From positions 8,804,001 to 8,868,000 of the forward strand of contig NC_043018.1 in NCBI RefSeq assembly GCF_006345805.1: 64,000 nt of DNA, given 5' to 3'. A program made the translations under genes and the position numbers. The DNA comes from Octopus sinensis. Lineage: Eukaryota. Shown here piece after piece: positions 41,333 to 53,545 of this stretch. Below the pieces are notes generated by a model, which had not been told where the DNA came from, searched no databases, and saw only the letters and a program-made list of their open reading frames with translations. Each line of letters starts with the position of its first letter. The stretch's first letter is position 1.

Positions 41333-41547
41333 ATATAAGGCAGGGAGCTGGCAGACACGTTAGCACGCGGGACAAAATATTTAGCAGTATTTTGGCTGTT
41401 GCTATATTCTGATTTCAAATTCTGCTGAGTTTGACTTTACCTTTCATCCTTTTAGTGTTGATAAATTAAGTACCAGTTGCATACTGGAGTCAGTCTAATT
41501 GACTGGCCCTCTCCCCCAAACTTCAGGCCTTGTGCCTATAGTAGCAA

Positions 41548-42149
41548 ATATTATTATTATTATTATCATAATCATCATCTTTATGAAGGTAGCAGTGCAT
41601 TGACAACAATGTCACCATGCTGGACAAAAATGCTTAGTGGTATTTTGCCTGTTGTATACCCATCATGACTACCTGTCTGATAAGGGTACACCAGGCACAT
41701 GCATCACAACCATGTGTGCGCAACATGGTGATCTCATATCAAGATAAACAGCACCTGACCTTGCAGGTGGGGCCCAGTTAGAATTTTCTTCTGGTCGAGT
41801 AAACCCATCCTACTCAAAAGGTCCCTGAATAAGGGTTGTTTAAGAATGTTGAACGAAACACCCCTGTTTTCAAAGGAGAATTATTCAAACCCCAAAGAAT
41901 CCCCTTCAACACATGGCTATGATGCTCCCCCACTACTTCTGCTTGTGATCAGAGATGCACATATCGTCGGTCACCAAGGGACATGCTCAACTGGTTATGG
42001 TCAAAGAACTGACAAGCAAATCTGTGGTATTGAGCAGAATATTTGCTGTAGCCCATCTTTTATACCAAGACAAAACAATGTACATGATAACACTTCCAAT
42101 CAGTTAAGATCAGAAGCCATGAGAGCCACTGTCTGGTACTGCATCAGGG

Positions 42150-42184
<35 letters not shown>

Positions 42185-42807
42185 TATTATTATTATCATA
42201 ATCATCATCTTTATGAAGGTAGCAGTGCATTGACAACAATGTCACCATGCTGGACAAAAATGCTTAGTGGTATTTTGCCTGTTGTATACCCATCATGACT
42301 ACCTGTCTGATAAGGGTACACCAGGCACATGCATCACAACCATGTGTGCGCAACATAGTGATCTCATATCAAGATAAACAGCACATGACCTTGCAGGTGG
42401 GGCCCAGTTAGAATTTTCTTCTGGTCGAGTAAACCCATCCTACTCAAAAGGTCCCTGAATAAGGGTTGTTTAAGGATGTTGAACGAAACACCCCTGTTTT
42501 CAAAGGAGAATTATTCAAACCCCAAAGAATCCCCTTCAACACATGGCTATGATGATCCCCCACTACTTCTGCTCGTGATCAGAGATGCACATATCGTCGG
42601 TCACCAAGGGACATGCTCAACTGGTTATGGTCAAAGAACTGACAAGCAAATCTGTGGTATTGAGCAGAATATTTGCTGTAGCCCATCTTTTATACCAAGA
42701 CAAAACAATGTACATGATAACACTTCCAATCAGTTAAGATCAGAAGCCATGAGAGCCACTGTCTGGTACTGCATCAGGGCATTATTATTATTATTATTAT
42801 ATTATTA
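41548..42807. repeat. 630-bp tandem duplication
   Basis: 41581 TTATGAAGGTAGC recurs at 42211; copies differ at only a handful of positions; junctions lie in (TTA)n. Confidence 0.93.
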
Positions 42808-43064
42808 TTATTATTATTATTATTTTTCCTTCTTTCTTCAAATTTTCTTCCTTTTCTCACCGAGTGTTTTCCGTTCACCTAGGGCAGAGGAGGTCATTGT
42901 ATGCATTCCCAGATTACACACGCAAATTCACAGGTAAAATATGTATTTAAAAAATTAATGAATAAATAAATTCATGAATGGATGTTGTTTTCACAGCAAT
43001 AATGCTCTTCTCAGTACATGAGCCGTTCCAGTTAACATGATATTATTATTATTATTATTATTAT

Positions 43065-43487
43065 TGAGTGAGAGAGCAGTGCATGCCATCAAAGTGACAC
43101 TGGGGTAAAATATACGAAACCCAGTATATCCATCATGACTACACGTCTGATAAGGGTACACTAGGCACATGCATCACAACCGTATGCAGGTGGGACCCAG
43201 TTAAAATTTTCTTCTGGTCAAGTAACCCATCCTACTCAAAAGGTCCCTGAATAAGGGTTGTTTAAGGATGTTGAACGAAACACCCATGTTTCCAGAGGTG
43301 AATTATCCAAACCTCTAAGAATTCCTTTCAACACATGGCTATGATGCTCCCTCACTACTTCTGCTCGTGATCAGAGATGCACATATCGTCAGCCACTAAG
43401 GGACACGGTCAACTGGTTATGGTCAAACAACTGACAAGCAAGTCTGTGGTATTGAGCAGAATATTTGCTGTAGCCCATCTTTTATAC

Positions 43488-43490
<3 letters not shown>
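43065..43490 (-). mobile_element. (TAA)n-associated non-autonomous element, partial
   Basis: Matches 34191-34703; (TTA)n on both sides. Confidence 0.8.
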
Positions 43491-43532
<42 letters not shown>

Positions 43533-44596
43533 CATCATCGTCATCATTATAAAGGTAGCTGTGCATTGACAGAATTGTTACCCTGCTGGACAAAATATTT
43601 AATAGTATTTCTTCTGGCTTAATGTTTTGAGTTCAAATATGATGGAAGTCAGTTTTGCTTTTTGGGGTCAATAAAATAAGTACCATTTGAGCACTGGGGT
43701 TGATATAATCAATTAGACCCCTTTCCTCCAAAGCTTCAGGTCTTATGCTTATAGCAGAAAGAACCTTATTATCGTTGTTGTTATGCTGGCAAGATGGCAG
43801 AATAATTTGTAGACCAGGAAAAATGCTTAGCAGTGTTTTTCTTGTTTTCTGGTTGTGAGTTCAAGTTCTGCCAATGTCAGCTTTGCCTTTCGTCCTTTTG
43901 GGGTTGAAAAAATAAGTACCTGTTGAACACTGGGGTTGCTGTAATCGAATGACCCCTTCCCTGAAACTGCTGGTCTTGTGCCAAAATTTGGTGGTGAGCT
44001 GGTAGAATTGTTTGAATGTCAGAAAAAACACTTTGAGGTATTCATTCCAATATTTTATGCTCTGAGTTCAAATACTATTGAGGTTAACTTTGCTCATTTA
44101 TTGACCTTTCAGGGGCATTTCTGGCTTTGTAGCTAACATCTAAGCACAATATTCTGTAGTTCAATTTTCATCTTAATTAAATTATTTTTCCACGATTTTT
44201 AATTTTTCTCCATCCTCTTCACAACTTCTCAACATTTACTTCAAGTTCTTTTTTTGATGTTTCCTGGTTCCTTCAAAGTTTTTTCTATTAGTTTCCCTTT
44301 CTTCTTTACAACATATTTTTGCAGACTTACAATCGATATTTTGTCCTAGTATTCTTGTTGCAGAAGGTTTCTTTATTCCCTCTATTCATGGTAAATATTA
44401 TATTTCGATATAGGATATTGGTCAGTGTATTCAAAATACAGTCATTGTGTTTTCCTGTGTTGGCTTACTAATTGACTTAGAATCCAGTTGATAATGTAAT
44501 ATATATATGTAATATAATAGAGTAATATAGTAATGATAATATATATACAAATACATATATATTATATATTATCTCTCTCTCTCTCCTCTCTCTCTC

Positions 44597-44634
<38 letters not shown>

Positions 44635-44635
<1 letters not shown>

Positions 44636-44975
44636 CTACAAAATTAGAGAATGGAGAAACATACTTAAATCAATAAAACATCAACTATCAGATGATACCC
44701 AATCAATACTTTAATACACCATTACATATCAGTAAAGGCATTATACAAAATATACAGTAAAAGTAAATAGACAAAGAGATATAAGTATAAAATTTCAAAT
44801 ACATATTATATTTGAAATTTTATACTTATATCTCTTTGTCTATTTACTTTTACTGTATATTTTGTATTATGCCTTTACTGATATGTAATGGTGTATTAAA
44901 GTATTGATTGGGTATCATCTGATAGTTGATGTTTTATTGATTTAAGTATGTTTCTCCATTCTCTAATTTTGTAGT
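44635..44975. repeat. Long palindrome: 167-bp arms, 7-nt spacer
   Basis: 44635-44801 is the reverse complement of 44809-44975; one mismatch noticed. Confidence 0.93.
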
Positions 44976-45215
44976 ATTAATTTACGGTAATATTATTACC
45001 TTTACCCATATAATACAATAGATGAACTGATTGTTTGGCAATTTTTAACATCTATGTATTAGTCTTGTTGGGTACCTATCTAGCAGTATATTGGATATAT
45101 ATTATCCCATGGTGGGTTGAATTTTCAACCCCTATCTCATTTTATAATATATATATATATATATATAAATATGTGTGTATATGTGTGTATGTATATATAT
45201 GTATGTATATATGTA

Positions 45216-45283
<68 letters not shown>

Positions 45284-45816
45284 TATGTATATATGTGTAT
45301 GTATGAATATGTGTATATCTATCTGTCTGTCTGTCTGTCAGTCTCTCTTTCTCCCGCCCCCTCTCTCTATTATATACATATATACATATACATATATATG
45401 TGTGTGTGTGTGTGTGTGTGTTGATAAAAATGGTAGTTACTCTTAGCCCTGTTTTTTCTTGTGCTTGTGCGTATATAGACGTGTATATGAACCTTTATGG
45501 TGCGCGCGTGTGTGTGTGGGTTTGTATGTATATACATATACATTTGGTGAATGATGAGAGTGAGGATGTGTACATTTCAAGTGAGGGTGGATGAATGTAT
45601 TTTTTTAGGCGCACGCATGTGGGTGTGCGGGTGCACATGTGTAGGTATGAACATGTGCACTTACGCAAATACTATGAACTTTTTTACCTGCTTACTTTTA
45701 CTCTCTTCCCTTACTTAGGGGTCATCCTAATAGCTCTTTTGTCTTAATAACGGTCAATCACACAGTAATTTCTCTTTGTATAATGGTCATTTTTCATAGC
45801 ATTTTTCTGATGGCCG

Positions 45817-45878
45817 GATAACTGAAGAGATGGCAGGCGTGGATTTCCACCTCGGTATCTGAAACTCGGAGTTTTATC
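45817..45878 (+). ncRNA. Near-canonical type-I hammerhead ribozyme
   Basis: Stem I GATAA/TTATC, CTGAAGA, long imperfect stem II, GAAA, stem III ACT-cgg-AGT, GUU triplet. Confidence 0.72.
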
Positions 45879-45928
45879 ATGGCTACCGAATAATAGTCGC
45901 ATATTACATTTACAGATATATATATATA

Positions 45929-46181
45929 TGCCAGTGGCACGTAAAAAGGACCAACCGATCGTGGCCGTTGCCCGCCTCGCCTGGCACCTGTGCCGGTGGC
46001 ACATAAAAAGCAGCCACTACACTCACAGTGTGGTTGGCGTTAGGAAGGGCATCCAACTGTAGAAACACTGCCGGATCAGACTGGGCCTGGTGCAGCCTCC
46101 TGGCTTCCCAAACCCTGGTCGAAATGTCCAACCCATGCTAGCATGGAAAACGGACGTTAAACGATGATGATGATGATGATG

Positions 46182-46182
<1 letters not shown>
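45929..46182 (+). mobile_element. RTE 3'-end fragment
   Basis: Same 3' UTR with (GAT)n tail. Confidence 0.8.
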
Positions 46183-46238
<56 letters not shown>

Positions 46239-46251
46239 TTATATATTTGTT

Positions 46252-46845
46252 GTGCAAAATTTTTTTGTGAAGGCCAACTTTTGGTATGGTAGCCATAAAT
46301 ACCAGAGTGTCATGTTCGTTGACACCACCCCTGGAGGTGAACTGGCGTACCGCTTTAGAAGGACCCTAGACAAACTTAAGCTAAGGATTAAGGTTGTTGA
46401 AAAACCAGGCAACCCTATCAGATCTATAATTGGTAGAAGCTATCCTTTTAGTAGAACCCTCTGTACGGATAACTATTGCACTGTATGTAGATTTAGCCCA
46501 CAAACAAACTGTAAAGCCAGAAATGTGGTCTATAGTATAAGATGTATAGAGGGACGATGCAGTAACAAGACAGTAACATACGTAGGGGAAACGGCAAGAA
46601 GCATAGGAGAGCGGGTAAGTGAACATTGGAGAGAACTCAAGGAAGGTAAAAGCTCATCGATTCTGTACCAACACGCCGAACAGAAACACGGGGGATCAAT
46701 CAACAACATAGAAATTAAAATATTGTCCACACATAGAACAGATGCAACAATCAGACAAATTACAGAAGCTACACACATAATAGAAAATAAAACTAGCCTG
46801 AATAGGAAACTAGAATGGAACACTAGCACACACCACAACATATGA
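46252..46845 (+). CDS. GIY-YIG endonuclease domain of a 5'-truncated Penelope-like element (open frame, no genuine start)
   Basis: Cx4Cx2C linker, NVVYSIRC..C..TYVGETARSIGERVSEH..LYQH...H..RQITEA..LN. Confidence 0.88.
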   Translation: MQNFFVKANFWYGSHKYQSVMFVDTTPGGELAYRFRRTLDKLKLRIKVVEKPGNPIRSIIGRSYPFSRTLCTDNYCTVCRFSPQTNCKARNVVYSIRCIEGRCSNKTVTYVGETARSIGERVSEHWRELKEGKSSSILYQHAEQKHGGSINNIEIKILSTHRTDATIRQITEATHIIENKTSLNRKLEWNTSTHHNI

Positions 46846-47379
46846 CGATAGAGGATCCTGAAAACATAATAAATACACAGATAAATAAACAAATAGAAAT
46901 AAATATCTATATAAGTTTTTTTTAATTTTTTTATTATTATTACTAGTATTGTTGTTATACATACATACAAACTTACAAGCATACGTAATGATAATAATAA
47001 GTGGATGTAAACACATGAACAAAATAAGAATAAACAACAACAACAAAAACAAATTACATGAGCGCATATAAACAGAAGATACAAATATTACAGGCACACT
47101 AAATAAACATAGACGCACATAGAGATATAAGCATGCGCAAATGAAGACATACAATAGACATACAAAATGGCTGACGGTTAGTAAGGAGAGACACAAATAA
47201 GGAACAAGAAAATAAAGGACCACTGATGCGGTCACAGGAGTGTGACGAAAGAACTCTGGCCGAAATAAGATTAAGATTAATATAAAAAATAAATAACACT
47301 GAAGCAAATAACACCAAATATATAGTGCGTGTGTTTTTATTGGCTAAACTGGCATAATGACCATTCCGAAATATAAACG

Positions 47380-47380
<1 letters not shown>
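46280..47380 (+). mobile_element. Penelope-like element 3' portion (EN plus pLTR), near or in (TA)n tracts
   Basis: GIY-YIG ORF, A-rich 3' region, HHR motif, (TA)n at the 3' end. Confidence 0.82.
47217..47261 (+). ncRNA. Minimal type-I hammerhead variant in pLTR
   Basis: GGACCA-CTGATGCG-GTCACA ggag TGTGAC-GAAA-GAAC-TC/TGGCC. Confidence 0.7.
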
Positions 47381-47445
<65 letters not shown>

Positions 47446-48332
47446 ATACAGCCCAATCCATGCCAACATAGAAAGTGGATGTTAAATGATGATGATACAC
47501 ATACATACATACATACATACATACGTGTATGAATGAATGAATGAGTGAATAACTTGTATAACTTATTACTGATGACTGGTACAGTGAGAATATATTATAT
47601 AATTCTAACTACCTTGAAAACAACAAAGCAGATTTTTGCTCTATTCCTGTCTTTTAGCTATCTATTTCTTTTCTACCCACAAGGGGCTAAACACAGAGAG
47701 GACAAACAAGGACAGACAAACGGATTAAGTCGATTATATCGACCCCAGTGTGTAACTGGTACTTATGTAATCGATAAGTCACTTAGTTATCTGGCATTAG
47801 TTTTCCCAATTACTTAAGATTTAACATTTAACTCTTCTAAGTTTTAATTTACTGTAAGATTCCCTCCAAACACGGCAGAGTTTCTACAGCTGGATGCCCT
47901 TCCTAACTCTCGGAGTGGTTGGCATTAGGAAGGGCATCCAGCTGTAGAAACTCACCCAGATCAAGATTGAAGCCTGGTGCAGCCATCTGGTTTGCCAGTC
48001 CTCAGTCAAATCGTCCAACCCATGCTAGCTTGGAAAACGGACGTTAAACGATGATGATGTGTGTTTTAGAATCTGCTTAGTTTATTAATCTTTAAACATT
48101 TGTAACTCCCTGTTTATACGAGTTCTCTTATCCCTACTGCTTTGGCTTATGTAATAAATATGATATTAGTGATGTTTATTAATGAATAAACTCTCATCAG
48201 GATGAGAGGGAAATTAATGACCCTCACCACATCAGAGGTGAAAGCACATGTCCTGGTGGTTAGGGTGTTTAGCTTATGATCATAAATTCATAGGTTTTAT
48301 TCATGGACAGATGGAGGGAGAGATAGATAGAT

Positions 48333-48391
<59 letters not shown>

Positions 48392-48514
48392 CAGACAGAC
48401 AGACAGAACAATAGATAGATATATAGAGAGATGGATAGACAGCCAAGTATTGACAGGTATGAGGAAGCAAGTTTGTGAGTTAACAAGACAAACAGACAGA
48501 CGGACAGACAGACG

Positions 48515-48576
<62 letters not shown>

Positions 48577-48691
48577 TACTGTATGTTCCATAAGTATGCT
48601 GAGTTTTTCTCATATAAAAAACATTGTTTAAAAATCTGCTTTACACATGGAACCTTGAATATTTAGATAAGCTAGATTGTTAGACCACGGG

Positions 48692-48765
<74 letters not shown>

Positions 48766-48830
48766 CTATATGACATTAGCTAAGTTACATATGAGATCAA
48801 TGGAAAGATGTGTTGCACATTTGCCTAACC

Positions 48831-49151
48831 CACGGGTTCCCTGCTTTATTTTGTTTGGGGACCCCCTTGAGATTTATCTTATCATCTGTGGACCCCATAT
48901 ATGCACATGTAAATTTTTGAAATAAAATATTTGTTTGTAGGTTAGTAAAAACAAACAATGAAACAACTTCATTATATTCATAACAGAAATTCCAAATACA
49001 AATCTTGAAACTTTCAATAAATATAGGTGTACCTCTCCTAGTAAGCAAAATTTATATATGGACCCACAAATTACAATTTTTTACTCATGGAACCATTTAA
49101 AGCTTCTGTAGACCCCTGGGGGTCCATGTGGACCCTGGTTGGGAACCCCTG
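48831..49151. mobile_element. hAT-type MITE
   Basis: Ends CACGGGTTCCC / GGGAACCCCTG; 8-bp TSD GCCTAACC / GTCTAACC. Confidence 0.8.
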
Positions 49152-49897
49152 GTCTAACCCATACTGTATGTTGGTGTTGTTGTTGTTGGTGGTGGTGTAT
49201 TGGGGTGGCAGGGTGGTGGTGGTGGTGGTGATGATGAAATGATGATGATTGTTTTTAAATTTTACTAAAAACAAAACGGGGTTGACTTTAGTTCCAACCT
49301 GATATATATATATATATATATATGTGTGTGTTTATGAAGCTTTTTATCAGTTTCTGTCTAGTAAATCCACTCACAAGACTTTTGTTAGCCTGGGGTTATA
49401 GTAGAAGACACTTTTCAAAGGTAGCATGCAATGGGACTGAACCTAAAACCATGTGGTTGAGTAGTGAACTTCTTACCCACACAACCATACCTGCATCTTT
49501 ACATATATATAAAAATGCTATGGGCCTTCAGCTCCTCAATGGAATCATAGGGGTGCTACCATGTTATACAGTTTGTCTTAGGTATTTAAAATGTAGTGGA
49601 GCTCATCCATTTCCAGATTTGACCCCCCCCCAGTAGATTTCTTCCTGAAAGAGGAGAAAGAGAGAGAGAGAAACAGAAAGGAAGAATAAGAGAAAAAAGA
49701 ATCAACCCCAGTGTAACACTGGTACTTTATTTAAGAATCTTGAAAGGATGAAAGGCAAAGTTGACAATGGTAGGATTTGAAGAATGCAAAGAGGCAGAAC
49801 AATTACTGCAAAGCAAAACAATCTACTCATCATCTCTACATCTTGCCACCTCATCACTACCATCCTTTTCTCCTTTTTCCAATTAGAACAGCCATTT

Positions 49898-50030
49898 ACA
49901 AGGGGGCGCTGAGAAGTTCCTGGCTTTGGGGTAAAAGAAAATAGAGGAGGATCAGTTAATTATGATTTTATTTAACATATTCCCTTCTCAGATTCACACT
50001 TATTGCAGGAGTCCTTCAGTTTTTCTAAAA
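49898..50030. mobile_element. Mariner terminal fragment
   Basis: TA-CAAGGGGGCGCTGAGAAGTTCCTGGC resembles a mariner TIR. Confidence 0.5.
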
Positions 50031-50260
50031 GACCAATAGAATAAGTACTAGGCTTACAAAGAATAAGTCCTGGGGTCCATTTCTTCATCTAAAACCCTTT
50101 ACAGTGGTGCTCCAGCATGGCTGCAGCCAAATGACTGAAACAAGTAGAAGAATATGTATGTATAAGCACAGGGGAGGTTGTGTGGTAAGTAGCTTGCTTA
50201 CCAACAACATGATTCTGGGTTCAGTCCCACTATGTGGCACCTTGGGCAAGTATCTTTTAT

Positions 50261-50523
50261 GGATCTTTACCTTTTGACCGACATAGTTGTTGTTAACAAA
50301 CAATGGCAGTAATTTTATTCAGCTGAATACATGTCATTGATTGGTTGAAATTACCAAAATACTACAACTTTAACGTGAAATAACTTCGTAAATATAAGCT
50401 TTTCACAAAAATGCTAAGAGTAAAACATGTTTTATATGACACATTCTACCAGCGTTCGAAGTTTGAAAGTGTTTAGTTACAAAAAATTATTTTTTAAATC
50501 TGTTGGTCAAAAGGTAAAGATCC
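50261..50523. mobile_element. MITE with GGATC termini inserted in a family B SINE
   Basis: TIRs GGATCTTTACCTTTTGACC / GGTCAAAAGGTAAAGATCC; degenerate 8-bp TSD; interior related to 62683-63088. Confidence 0.85.
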
Positions 50524-50613
50524 TCTTCTACTATAACCATGGGCTGACCAAAGTCTTGTGAGTGGATTTGGTAGAAAAGAAGCCTGCTCGAAATACGAGA
50601 CTAGAAAAACAGC

Positions 50614-50658
50614 CAACAACTGATGAAGGGTCGTTGTTCGAAAGAATAGTTCATGTTG
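50614..50658 (+). ncRNA. Degenerate hammerhead-like motif
   Basis: CAACAA-CTGATGA-A-GGGT cgtt GTTC-GAAA-GAATAGTTC-ATGTTG; weak G-U-rich stem II. Confidence 0.4.
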
Positions 50659-50697
50659 TATACGTTTTGTGACGTCCTGTGCCCACATATGCACATA

Positions 50698-50746
<49 letters not shown>

Positions 50747-51142
50747 CGGAGATGTACTCGCATAGCAAGTGATTTGATCTGAGATCGTGTGCTGAAACGA
50801 AAACAATTGCAGCGTGGAAGGTGTTTGTAAGCCATTTAAGAAACACACAAAAGCCGTTCGATTCACTTCAACATTTAAGTTTAATTTGTCAAAATATTTT
50901 CGTCGCTAAAATCCGTGCCCTGTTCACTGACAAAAATCAGATGCAGCACGGATTTTTGTCAGTGAACAGGGCACGGATTTTAGCGACGAAAATATTTTGA
51001 CAAATTAAACTTAAATGTTGAAGTGAATCGAACGGCTTTTGTGTGTTTCTTAAATGGCTTACAAACACCTTCCACGCTGCAATTGTTTTCGTTTCAGCAC
51101 ACGATCTCAGATCAAATCACTTGCTATGCGAGTACATCTCCC
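50747..51142. mobile_element. Foldback MITE: ~191-bp inverted arms, 12-nt spacer, TA flanks
   Basis: 50748-50938 is the reverse complement of 50951-51141. Confidence 0.92.
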
Positions 51143-51143
51143 T

Positions 51144-51218
<75 letters not shown>

Positions 51219-52506
51219 TACATACACATATAGATGTATGTACATATACGTATGTATATATGCATATATATATGTGTGTGTATTTATGTTTGTGTGTCTG
51301 TGTTTGTCTACCCAACATCGCTTGACAACCGATGTTAGTGTGTTTACGTCCCCGTAACTTAGCAGTTCGGCAAAAAGAGACCGATAGTATAAGTACTAGG
51401 CTTACAAAGAATAAGTCCTGGGGCCGATCTGTTCGACTAAAGGCGGTGCTCCAGCATGGCCGCAGTCGAATGACTGAAACAATTAATAATAATAATAATA
51501 ATAAAAAAGACTAAATGAGTATGTATGTATGAGAAGCTAGTAATCACCAATGAACGTTTTAATAATGTTTAAGAGTTGTTTTGTTTATCAGTTTCTGGGT
51601 GGGGTATATCTGCAAAAACGGCCCTTTTGGACATTCTAGCCCTCCCTCCCCTCCCAAAAAGCAGCGGTAGACCTTAATTGCCAGTAGAGTGCGGAGGAAG
51701 GTAGGGGGGGGGTAGTATGTGAATGGGGGCAAGTTAGGATTCTCTCTAAGACATTCCATTCTCCTCTCATCAGAATTCACCCTTTCCATCTCTGTCAGCC
51801 ATTCCATTGGAACGGGTGAGGTAGGGGTGGACGTCGAGGAATTGGTTTGATGAAGAAAAGATGACGATTTGTGCAGACAGGAAGATGGATAGTGTCGTTC
51901 CTGTTGTTGACATTGTTGATATTGTTGATGTTGTTGTTGTTGTTATTTAATTCCAGGCAAATTCTATTTGGGACATTTGTGCTGTTTACATGTTTAAGAC
52001 AGAAGAATGCGATAATTTGCTGGAGATTTTACTGTTATTTCTAGCAAGTGAATCAACCACAGTGGATAGCGGAATCATTAGGGAGTCGGTCGAAAATACC
52101 CTCCGTATTTAATCATCGATCTTTGCATTGTGAGTTCGAATCTCGTCGAAGGCAATTTTGTCTTTCATCATTTTGAAGTCGATAAAATAAACTAGCCGTC
52201 AAGTACTGGGTCAATTTAATATTCCTATAAAGCATCCTCGGTGTGAATGGATTTATAAGAGGACGAAGAGAATGTGTAAAGATACCCTCGTTGAGTTCTG
52301 TGAATTGGGCTTGCAGACCAAGCAGGCCGGTACGGAGGCTGTGGGGTAGATAATGCAAAAAGTAAATAAAAAGCATATAAATTAGAAAAAAAAAAGAAGG
52401 AAATAAAGAGATACTTAAAGAGATAAAATTAAAGAGGAAGAGAGAAAGAAATTTTGAAGTGGTGTTGAAAGAGTGGAGGTTGGATCGGCTGCGAACGAAG
52501 TTTAGA

Positions 52507-52537
<31 letters not shown>

Positions 52538-53067
52538 GGAAGCGAAAAGGAATTTTAAAAAGTTTCTGATAACGGAAGAAAGGAAGTTTTGAGAAACTAG
52601 ATTCTGATGGAAACTTGAGAAGGAAGATGGGAAACGAAGAAATGGTAGGAAAAAAAATTAAATATAGGAAAAAAAAAATTGGTGGAAAGAGAGCAGAATG
52701 AAAAAAGACGATGGGAAAAGGGAGGAGAGGTCGTAGAAGATGAGAGAAGAAAGAAAGAATGGGAGAAAGGAAAAGATGAGAAGATGGAAACATAGAATAA
52801 GAGAGGAGATGCAGAAGAAGAAGAAGAAGAAGGGAAGATGATGGAATCAGAAAAAAAGGAAGAGACAGGAAATTAGAAGAGGTACCAGACAATGTTGTGG
52901 GTGGATGGGAGTGGAGATTTGCATATAAGCTGGGTATGTGAGATCTAAGAGTGAAACCAGGTAGAAACGGTCGAATGGTTTTAAGAAAGTTGAAAAATGC
53001 GTTGGTTGGCTTGTAAGGAAAGCATTAACAGAATTATATTGACATACGCGTTGTGTGTGTGTGTGTG

Positions 53068-53180
53068 TAGATAGATAGATAGGCAGATAGATAGACGGAT
53101 AGATAGATAGGTAGATGGATGGATGGATGGATAGATAGAGAGATAGATAGATAGATGGAGGGATAGAAGGACAGACAGAT

Positions 53181-53217
<37 letters not shown>

Positions 53218-53545
53218 GCAAATAGATAGATAATAAATAGATTGATAGATAGAAAGATAGATGGATGGATGGATAGATGGATGGATAGATAGATAGATAG
53301 ATAAATAGATAATAGATAGATAGATGGATGGATAGATAGATAGATAGATAGAGTGATAGATAGATAGATAGATAGATAGATGGATAGATAGATAGATAGA
53401 TGGATAGATAAATAGATAGATAAGCAAATAGATAGATAATAAATAGATAGATAGATAGAAAGATAGATGGATGGATAGATAGATAGATAGAGATAATAAA
53501 TAGATAGATAGAAAGATAGATATCAGGCAGATAGATAGATAAATA
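53068..53545. repeat. (GATA)n/(GATG)n microsatellite
   Basis: Seen directly. Confidence 0.95.

Noticed and set aside
42090-42151. HDV-like ribozyme at the 5' end of the TAA-associated element
   Set aside because: Could not build the nested double pseudoknot by eye
41846-42937. Duplicated ~150-aa ORFs
   Set aside because: Read through a non-coding repeat and TTA tracts; duplicated only by the tandem duplication
52113-52892. 259-aa hydrophobic ORF
   Set aside because: Antisense of purine-rich low-complexity DNA
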